Below are positions 53,731 to 64,000 of a DNA stretch of 64,000 nucleotides, in pieces. Source of the DNA: Octopus vulgaris (lineage: Eukaryota); assembly GCA_951406725.2 (NCBI GenBank), contig OX597823.1, positions 32,426,001-32,490,000 on the forward strand, in the 5' to 3' direction. Made by a program: the position numbers and the translations under genes. Position 1 is the first letter of the stretch. Every line of letters begins with the position of its first letter. Under the pieces are notes generated by a model. It had not been told where the DNA came from and did no database searches. It saw nothing but the letters and a program-made list of their open reading frames with translations.

Positions 53731-55144
53731 TATATCTGTGTGTGTGTGTGTGTGTGTGTGTATTACATAAATAATATTAGTGCATTATTAATTTATTGTA
53801 TATTGGTTGGTGTTAGGAAGGGCATTCAGCCATAAAAAAACCATGCCAAAGCATACACAGAAGCATGACGCAGGCTCCTGCCTGGTCAGCCCCTGTCAAA
53901 CCATCCTTCTGGCATGGAAGAAGGTTGTTAAACGATGATGGTGGTGGTGGTGGTGTGTGTGTGTGTGTGTGTGTATGCATGTATGCTGGTGCTGGCATTC
54001 CATGTTAGAAACAGTGATTTGGTGTTTATATTCGATTTTGACATTATGACTGGTCTTTCTGTGATTTTCAAGGCTAGGGGAATTATAATTTCCTTTACCT
54101 GACAAACTGGTAAGGAAAAAGCAATGTTGATTTCAATGTAATTTGAACTCAGAAACTAAAAACCATGTAACAAAATACTACAAGACATTTTGTCAAACAC
54201 ATTCCTGCTTTGGTCATTCCAGCATCAAAATATTATTAGTGATAATTAATTCTTTCCAATGTTTGGCATGAGGCCAGCAATTTTAGTGGGAATAGGAAAT
54301 CAATTACATCAACTCCAATGCTCAACTTGGGTCTAATTTATCTACCCTGATAAGGCAAATTCAACCTTGGTGCCATTGGAACTCAGAAAATAAAACCAGA
54401 AGAAATGCTGCTAAGCATTTGGTTTGATATGTTAACAATTCTGTGATGATAAAGTTAACACACTTTTGTGCAATACTTTCATAAAATGATCAAATATCAG
54501 AATGTTACATTTGAAATGTGAACAGGTTTGAAAGATAGAAAAAAAGTTTATAAATACTGCCACTTTTTATTTTGTAATTTCTGTTAAAATTCCTAACTTG
54601 ATAGTATCATTGTTGTCGTCGTCATTTTAATACCTACTTTTCCATACTTGCATTGGTTGGACATGTCTTCTCCAACATCGTGTCCTATCATTTTTTGTGT
54701 TTCTTTGTCACCTCCTTTGTAGGGTTCAGCTTCCTGAGATGAGCCTTTATCACTTCTTTCCATCTCTTCCTCAGGGCCTCCTCCCCACGAATCTCCCATC
54801 ATCCGTCCACGTTATGTATCTGTACCAGTGTTGGCATCTCTCTTACACCTAATACTTCTTATATCAGTTCTTTTCTTAGTTCAACTGTGCCTCCAACACA
54901 TCCAGCATTTGTCTTCATATCTATCCATATAAGTCTATCAGTCTGTCTTTCTCTATCTATCTATCTATGCAAACCTCATTCTTTTTAGCCTTTGTACATC
55001 CACTGCATTCAATGCACACGTTTCACTCCCATACAGTATTGCATTCATACCCAAGCACCATACAATCTACCCTCACCCAAAAAGACAATTCTCTTCTCTC
55101 AGCTATAGTTTTAATGGCCTTAAGTAATGTAGATATTATATATA

Positions 55145-56388
55145 TCATCATCATCGTTTAACGTCCGCTTTCTATGCTAGCATGGGTTGAACAATTTGAC
55201 TGAGGACTGGCGAACCAGATGTCCACACCAGGCTCCAATCTGATCTGGCAGAGTTTCTACAGCTGGATGCCCTTCTTATGCCAGCCACTCTGAGAGTGTA
55301 TTGGGTACTTTTACGTGCCACCTGCACAGGAGCCAGTCCAGTGGCACTGGCAACAACCTCATTCGAATGTTTTTTCATGTGCCACCAGCACAAGTGCCAG
55401 TAAGGTGACGCTGGTAACGATCACACTCGAATGGTGCATTTTACGTGCCACCAGCACAGAAGCCAGTCAGCTGCTCTGGCAACGATCATACTCGGATGGC
55501 GCTCTTAGCGCTCTACTAACTGGATGCCAGTCATCGAATTTGATTTCGATTTCACTTGCCTCAGCAGGTCTTCGCAAGTGTCCAATGAAGGAAAGGTACA
55601 CATAAGTGGGCTGGTTACACCACTGGCATAGGCCACAGGTTATGATCTCACTTGGCTTGCCAGGTCTTCTCAAGCACAGCATATTTCAAAAGGTCTCAGT
55701 CACTAGTCATTGCCTCGGTGAGGTCTAATGTTCGAAGGTTGTGCTTCCCCACCTCATCCCAGGTCTTCCTGGGTATACCTCTTCCACTGGTTCCCTCAAC
55801 TGCTAGGGTGTGGAACTTTTTCACATAGCTATCCTCATTCATTCTTGCCACATGACTATACCAGCACAGTTGTCTGTCTTGCACACTACATCTGATGCTT
55901 CTTAGGTCCAACTTTTCTCTCAAGGCACTTACACTCTGTTGAGTATGCACACTGATATTACACATCCAGTAGAGCATACTGGCTTCATTCCTTGCAAGCT
56001 TACGGCCCATGTTTCACTGCCATGTAGCATGGCTGTTCGTACACATGCATCATACAGTCTACCTTTTACTCTGAGTGAGAGGCCCTTTGTCACCAGTAGA
56101 GGTAGGAGCTCTCTGAACTTTGCCCTGGCTATTCTTATTCTAGCTGCTACACTTTCAGAGCACCCCCCCCCCCACTACTGACTTGGTGACCTAGGTAATG
56201 GAAGCTATCAACTACTTCTAGTTTTTTTCCCTGGAATGTGGTGGAAGTTGTTCCCTGCTCATTTTTTTATTGCTCCTGAGCATCTGCCACATACAAAAAC
56301 TATCTCCCCAGTTAGCCTTCCTTTGATATTGCTGTACCTCTTATGTGTCCATAGCTTATACTGGGTACATCTTATAGAGTTTATATAT

Positions 56389-56390
<2 letters not shown>
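55145..56390 (-). mobile_element. 5'-truncated RTE LINE (post-RT C-terminus plus full 3' UTR)
   Basis: EVVDSFHYLG..ARIRIARAKFRELLP and ORF 55696-56010 LCWYSHVARM..GRGIPRKTW; (GAT)n tail. Confidence 0.9.
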
Positions 56391-56428
<38 letters not shown>

Positions 56429-57192
56429 TTTTATATTTTACTTGTTTCAGTCATTGGACTGCAACCATGCTTTGTCACTACCTTGTTGAGTCTGGTCCAG
56501 CTAATTGATTCCAGTACTAATTCTTTTAGTCTGGTACTTATTCTGTTGGTCTCTTTTACCAAACTGTTAAGTTAAAGGGTTGTAAACAAACCAACACTGG
56601 TTGTCAAGTGGAGGTTAGGGGTACTAACGGACATACATACATAATATGACAGGCTTCTTTCAGTTTCCGTCTACCAAATTCGCTCACAAGGCATTAGCTG
56701 GCTTGTAGTTATAGCAGAAGGCAGCAAGGTAGTGAACACTAAGAATGAATCTAAATCCATCTTCGTCAGTTAATGTCTTTTGTTCATGCTGGTGTGAATT
56801 GGACAGTTTGACGAGAGCAGGGAAGCTGCACCAGACTCCTGTCTGATTTGGTATGGTTTCTATGGCTGGATTCCCTTCCTAACACCAACCACTTTACAGA
56901 GTGTATTGGGTGCTTTTATGTGGCACAACACAGACATTTTTACATGGCACCACATGGGCACTTTACCATTATGGGGTTGCAAAGCAAAATTCTTAACCAC
57001 ACAGCCATAACTTGTACTAATGTAATCAATTGGTCCAGTCTCTGTAATCGTATTGGAAGGATGAAAATGCAAAGTCACTCTCAGCAGGATTTAAACTCAA
57101 AGCATAAAGTGATGTAGATACATAGTGTTGAACATTTTCCCTTATGCTTTATCAATCCTACCAAAATCTGTTGTCCTTCAACAAAGGAAATA

Positions 57193-57449
57193 ATTGTGTT
57201 GTGTCTGGGGAGAGTCATTTTCTTTTTGTGCCTTATAATTTAACACACTCACTGGTAAAATTTCCACTTATATTCCTTATTTTTATTTTCCTAAAATTTT
57301 CATTGCATATTGCAACCTTTTCAATAGTCAAGACTATTGAAAAGGTTGCAAGACGCAACGAAAATAAGGAATAAGTGGAAATTTTACCGGTGAGCGTGTT
57401 AAATTATAAGGCACAAAGAGAAAATGACTCTCCCCAGGCACAACAGAAT
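57193..57449. repeat. ~255-bp fold-back palindrome with U3-A8-type hammerhead-like core
   Basis: Centre TTCAATAGTC AA GACTATTGAA; TTGAAAA(57337)-G-GTTGC-AAGAC-GCAAC-GAAA, mirrored on the minus strand. Confidence 0.8.
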
Positions 57450-58354
57450 ATGCTTCAACACACAAACTCACATAAAGAATCATGTAATCCAAAAACGAAA
57501 GGAAATAATGAAATCTCAATGGAAAGCATAGCAGAAAAACATTGCATGTGTATGAAAGAAATATGATCCTATGCTATTGTTATGGTTACCGATAAAACCT
57601 GACAGCACAATACTAATGGTTGGCCACTAGAGATTCTCTTAGCTTGGCAGTCTCATGTCTTCATTCTTTTCCATTTAACTTGGTTATAGTTGACCAGTGA
57701 ACAGTCATATAGAACATCCATCCCCCACCCTGGAAATTCATTCAAGAATATGGTTCATTATATGCAAAATATGTGTGTATGCTTGTATATGTCTATATTT
57801 TTTTACAAATTTTGTATTGGAATTGGTGAGCAATAATATATGTTACAGGTTTCCACCAATCAAATCACGTATTCATTGCATTTCTGGTTGTGAGAGCGAC
57901 AAGGGAGTAGTTGTAATAAGCTGCAGAACAGATATTGCTCAGAATTTTGTTTAAAAGCACTGTTTTTCTTAGCCTTTTTTCTTCCCCTGTGTTTCCATCC
58001 TTGGTGTGTGTGTGTGTGTACGTGCGTGCGTGCATAATTATGCATGTGGACATCTCTTATAATTCTATATTCTTTTGATGTTTTATCTTGTAATTGACTG
58101 TTCCTATTCCATTCCACCTACCTCTGGCTATACAACCACCATGGTATTAAAGAAATATATTTGACAATATGAAATTAGCCAATTAGAAATGGCCAGTAGC
58201 TGGCCACAGCTGTACTGCATCAAACTTCTAAACACACACACACACACACAATGCATTCATGTTGTTTTGTTTGTCTATTTGTCTTCATATCTATCCATAT
58301 AATTCCCTAAGTATATATATCTAAATCTATCTGTCAGTCTGTCTCTCTCCTGCC

Positions 58355-58356
58355 TC

Positions 58357-58451
<95 letters not shown>

Positions 58452-58460
58452 GTCTATCTA

Positions 58461-58496
<36 letters not shown>

Positions 58497-58700
58497 CCTA
58501 CCTACCTATCTATCTATCTATCTACCTATCTATCTATCTATCTATATATCTATCTATCTATCTACCTATCTATCTATCTATATATCTATCTACCTATCTA
58601 TCTATCTATCTATCTACCTATCTATCTATCTTTTTGTCTATCTATCTATCTAGCTAGCTATCTGTCTGTCTGTCTCTTTCTCTCTCTCTCTCTCTCCCCC
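58355..58700. repeat. (TATC)n/(TGTC)n/(TACC)n compound tetranucleotide microsatellite
   Basis: Directly visible. Confidence 0.95.
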
Positions 58701-60763
58701 TCTCCCACCTCTCTCTCTCTCTCTTTATCCATCTATCTAATAATACCTACAAGCCTATTTCTATTTCGCCAACCTATAAGCAACTTCCCACCCACCTGCC
58801 TCCATTACTACACAGCTCAGGAGCGTCAATAAAATCACAGACAAAAACATGACTCAGCAATCAGAGCAGTGAACTTTGGAGAGGTTCCACTACCAGCTTG
58901 CAGCACTTTCACTGATTCTACACTGGTGGGGAGGAATGGAGGATGGTTATTCTAATGTGTGTGTGGGGAGGGTGATATGGAACTGGTGTTTTACTGGGTG
59001 TGAGTGTGTAAGGGTGTGTTTGTTGCGATGGGGAAATGATTGAATTGTAAGAGGTTATTAAATAGAGGGTATTTTACACTTTCCACACACATTTGAATGA
59101 CTATGCATTACATCAACACATGCATATACACTCACACACTGGTAGTTGTATATAATCAGTTTAATACAACGTGTGTAATTACTTTAATGTTATGTGTATT
59201 TGTAATCTCACTGAAATGTCTTATCTCATGACTACTTCGTTCTGAGTGAAGGTGTGTGGCATAATGGTTAGGGTATTGCACTCGTGGTCCTGACACAGTG
59301 GTTTCAGTTCCTGGACTAGGCGGTGTGTTGTGCTATTGAGCAAAACATGTCATTTCATGTTGCTCCACTTCATTCAGATGTGAATGAGTAACCCGTTGAT
59401 GGATTGGCTTCTCATTCAAAGGTGAATGTTCTGATCTCTGTCACTTAAATGTCATGGAAACTGGATAACCAGCTGTATGAGTTCTGGGACTCAAGACAGT
59501 AATGCCAAGAGGTTGATGATGGTTCTGAGTTCAAATCCCAAACACCCACTCAATTTGACCACCTTTCATCCTTCTGGGGTAGATTTAATAAATACTTGTT
59601 AAGAACTTGTTAAGGTGCAGGAGTGGCTGTGTGGTAAGAAGCTTGCTTACCAACCACATGGTTCCGGGTTCAGTTCCAATGCATGGCACTTTGGGCAAGT
59701 GCCTTCTACTATAGCCTTGGGCCGACCAAAGCCTTGTGAATGGATTTGGTAGACAAATTGAAAGAAGCCCATCGTGTATATATGTTTATGTGTGTGTTTG
59801 TACAACATCGCTTGACAACCGATACTGGCATCCTCTTGACATAGCGGTTCAGCAAAAAAGAGACCAATAGAATAAGTACTAGGCTTACAAAGAATAAGCC
59901 CTGCAGTCAATTTGTTCAATTAAATGCGGTGCTCCAGCATGGCTGCAGTTAAACGGCCAAAACAAGTAAAAGAATGAAGAATAACTAAAATTGGTAACAT
60001 TAATTTGTAGTCTTGTGTGCATGTGTGTATGCGTGTATGTGCAAACACAGACATGTGCTCATACACACAGACACATGTATATATGACAGGTTTCTATTAG
60101 TTTCCAGATCCACCGACAGTGCTTTGGTAAGGCGTTACACAGTGGGATTGAACCGGAAACCATGTGGTTGGGAAGCAAACTTCTTAACCACACAACCATG
60201 CCTGCACATTTTAATAAATTTAACTATAGTCCGAACTTGAAGTCATTGTCAGAAACCTTAATGATAATGAACCAAGTTTGGGTGTTATGTTTTGGCCCTT
60301 TCACTGCAAAATTCATTTGTATCCATTTAAAATATCACCGAAAACTGTTGAAGGTGGTTTTGTATACCAATTTGTCCTTTGTAGAGGTATGTCATGTTAG
60401 AAACTGTCTTTTGTTGCTGAGGTATGTTATGGCTTTTATTATGAGGTATGACTCACAGAAAACACCAGGTCTATTTATTGTCGAATAATTAACATCGTTA
60501 TGGAAATGACCATGAAATTTAATTACTTGGTGAAAGGGTTTAAATAACTTAAACTTTGGATTGAGGAAACAATATCAGAAAGCTGTATAAAATTTATGCA
60601 TCAAAATACAAGAAAGAAATTAAAAGATAATTATAAAATGTGGAATTTTCAGAGATGATGTTAATTATTGCCATCATCACCATCACCCTTGTTACTACCA
60701 TCGCTGCTATCATTGTCATAGTTATTGGCAGAATCATTAGAATGTCAGACAAAATGCTTTGTA

Positions 60764-61046
60764 TTTTTTTTTTATAGCGTAGTGGTTAAGAGCGCAGGCT
60801 GCTAACTCCAAGATTCCGAGTTCGATTCCAGGCAGTGACCTGAATAATAATAATAATAATAATAATAACAACAACATTGAAAAATACCTTAGGAATGAGA
60901 ACCCAGGTTCAAAATTTCTCCAAGATACCTGATGAAGGCTGGAGGGTATATCAGCTGAAACGTGTTAACAACAAACAAGATGAGGACAAATATCTGTCAA
61001 ATGTAAATAATGTACATAATTCCTCATCTCTTAAATATAGAACTGT
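60764..61046 (+). mobile_element. tRNA-headed short element with hammerhead-like body, nested in a family B SINE, 13-bp TSD
   Basis: A box TAGCGTAGTGG, B box GAGTTCGATTCC, (AAT)n, CTGATGA(60929)-A-GGCTG..CAGCT-GAAA(60957); AAAATGCTTTGTA at 60751-60763 and 61047-61059. Confidence 0.75.
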
Positions 61047-62302
61047 AAAATGCTTTGTAGTATTTGTTCTTAACATACTGAGTTCAATTCCCACTGAGGT
61101 CAACTTTGCCTGTCATCTCTCTGGAATCAATGAAATAAAGTATCATTTAACTACCAAGACTGATGTAATTGTATTTTAGAAAGTTACATGGCAGAGGGAT
61201 GGGGATCTATAAGTTATTAATGATTCCGTGAAGGGGATTGGTGATATATGAAATTTGCTAACCTTTTGAGTTGAGTGATCTAGTGAGTTAAGTACTTTTT
61301 CTAAGAAAGACAATTTATTGTGGACAGACATCCTGGTTGTGTTAGAAATAGTGTGCTGCGTCTTTTTTTGTGGTAATAATAGCTTAACGAGTCAATAAAC
61401 GATGATCAGTAAAATAAGCATCAGACAGAAATTAGTACAGAGGTTGATATGATTGATCAAAATCTTTGAGAATGGTGCTCTAGTATGGCCACAAAATTCT
61501 ATGAATAAGACCAATTAAAGAAAGCTGTCTAGGTAAGATTTATCTCTCATTCATTTAACACTTGTAGAAACTCAGATTTAATCTCTAACCCCTAACCCAC
61601 CACTTCATTGTGACTTTGAAAATGATCAGCTTTAGCTTTATTGGTTGTAAGCCATTTGGCATTGGTCAAAGAACTGAAAACACTTCAATCGGACAATGGA
61701 CTTCTTCCTCTCCACCCACTTTCCCCTGAACATGTATAATTTATGACTATTGTTTCTATTTGTGGCTGTGTATAGTGTTTTATTTCCTTTGAAGATGACA
61801 CTTGTTCTTTTCAATTCAGTTTGGCTTTAAAAAAAAAGCACGCATGCACGCGCAGAGAGAGAAAGAGAGAAATATTTATGTAATATAGAACTAGTGTGTG
61901 TATGTATGTGTCTGTGTGTTTGGATGTATAAATGAGAAAGTGTTCAATACATGTAGAGTTTATTCAGTCATTTAAAGCCAAGCTTTCTCGTCTCTGGTAT
62001 TCCTAGTTTCCGGTTTCTAGCACGTTCTTCGAGGCTGCCAATATACACCACCGACCCCCATCGCATGTTTTTTTACTTTATCAATATGTTCCTCGCAAAA
62101 AAAAAAAAAAAAATAAATAAATAAATAAATAATCCTCTCCCCTCCCCCCATCACCACCAAGTATTCCTCACTGGCTGAAGTTTCCCCTTCCTTTTCCATC
62201 TCCCTGCTCTCCACCTCTAATTCTACCATAGACCAGCAGCCGGTTCCTACTATGCATGTGTAGAGACAGATACATAGGGTGAGCAGGGGTGGTGGATGGG
62301 AT

Positions 62303-62347
<45 letters not shown>

Positions 62348-64000
62348 TAGATAGATAGATAGAAGTGGGTGGGGGGAAATGGTATCCCTGTGACATTTGA
62401 GCTAGAGTTAAAGATAAATCCCAGTGACATCACCATATTTGTTGTACAACAGATGTCTCTCCATCTTTTATCTTCTTTTTTACCTCATACTACTACTACT
62501 ACAGTTTCTAATCTCCTGTTATTTTTCTTTCTCTGAATATGTCTGTCTGGCTCTCTCTCTCTCTCTCCTGTATAGGGACGTCTGGCCATCTTCTCTCAGT
62601 TCTATTTCCTCTTTATCCATCTCTCTTTCAACTCTCCCACTCTTAATCCCTCCCTTCCTCTCCCTCTCTCCAGTTTTAATCCCAGTTTATCAAATACCTT
62701 TCTGTTCCCCTCTCCCTCCCCTATTCTCCTACTTTTTTCTCAGTCTTTCTTCCTCGCCTCCCTACCTTATCTATCTGTCTGTCTCTTTCTTTCCATTCCT
62801 TTTCCCCCCTCTTTTGCTTCTTTCTCATTCATTCTTTCTCCCCTCCCCACTCAGCCTCCTCTCTATCACTTCCATTTCCTTAACTAAATCCCAACAATGT
62901 CAACTGATTGACTTCTGCTTCAATGTTTAGACACTCTCAACTTAATTAATTTGAAATAAGGGTTTCAATTGATTGAAATGAATTTTCCATCCTGTTTTTT
63001 CATTAAAGGTATTAATCTTTTCCCCCTCCTTGCCCTGTGATCATGGTTATACTGACATTTTAAGTGAGATCTAACTTCCTTATGGACACCCCAATCATTC
63101 TTTCTATGTATGCATGTCTGTGTGTCACTATGTCTGTGTTTCTGAATGTATGTGCCTTTGTGTGTGTGTGTGTGTGTGTGTGACTAGCTGTGCGCCTCTC
63201 TATATTTGTGTGTGTATTTCTGAACGTAGGTGTCTGTCTCCACAGGTATTCTTTTTATGTGTGCATGCCTGTATATTTTTATAAGTAATTATGTATGTGT
63301 TTCTAATTGTTTGTATATATGGCATGGCCGTGTGGTAAGTAGCTTGCTCACCATCCACATGGTTCCGGGTTCAGTCCCACTGCATGGCACCTTGGGCAAG
63401 TGTCTTCTACTATAGCCCCGTGCCGATCAAAGCCTTGGATTTGGTAGATGGAAACTGAAAGAAGCCTGTCATATATATGTGTGTGTGTGTGTGTTTGTGT
63501 TTGTCTTCCACACCTATGTTGGTGTGTTTATGTCCCCGTAACTTAGCGGTTCAGCAAAAGAGACCGATAGAATAAGTACTGGGCTTACAAAGAATAAGTC
63601 CTGGGGTTCATTTGTTCGACTAAAGGCATTGCTCCAGTATGGCCACAGTCAAATGACTGAAACAAATAAAAGAATATGTATGTGCATCTATTCATTTATA
63701 CATGTAAGTGTATGCATTTGTTTTACTGTATGAGTGTGTTTGTGCAATATGTGTGTCTGTGTGCATGTTTGTGCATTTATCTGTGTGTGTGTGTGTGTGT
63801 GTGCGCATGCATCCATTTGTGTCTGTATGTCTATACTTATATGTGTATGTTTGTGAGGGTGTATATGTATGCATGTGTATATATATATGCAAATAGCTAC
63901 TCCCTTACTGAAACAAACCCCTATTAATTTCTCTCATAAGCTTCACTCGAATGGTAAAGGTAATAGAATGTCAGAAACAGCAAAATACCAGCCAAAATGC

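Noticed and set aside
58849-58859. ATGACTCAGCA ARE/NF-E2 motif
   Set aside because: A single short motif is plausible by chance in 64 kb
60774-60842. Possible tRNA gene
   Set aside because: A/B boxes are present but the acceptor stem does not close; it is the head of a TSD-bounded element

Overview
AT-rich, repeat-dense animal genomic DNA. The SINE/RTE repertoire and (TA)n/(CA)n load look like an octopod cephalopod; this is recognition, not a database result. There is no intact long protein-coding ORF, and almost all of the ORF track is microsatellite or SINE noise. A CpG-retaining zone (~1.7-7.9 kb) holds a candidate promoter/first exon ending ACC-ATG-GAG|GTGAGT (4117-4131), so the rest of the window is probably a long, CpG-decayed intron. 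It is filled with at least three tRNA-derived SINE families, RTE LINE 3' fragments, CR1, mariner and Tigger fossils, piggyBac/hAT/Tigger MITEs and a young non-autonomous Helitron. The most unusual signal is a dispersed set of about 10 short, mostly (TA)n-embedded elements carrying type-I hammerhead-ribozyme-like cores (CUGAnGA-stem II-GAAA-stem III-UH). One lies downstream of a Penelope GIY-YIG C-terminus and one lies inside a tRNA-headed SINE with a 13-bp TSD. Several form 200-280 bp fold-back palindromes with a mirror-image core on each strand, and four such pieces cluster at 35.0-36.4 kb. Most copies have decayed core bases, so activity is not established.
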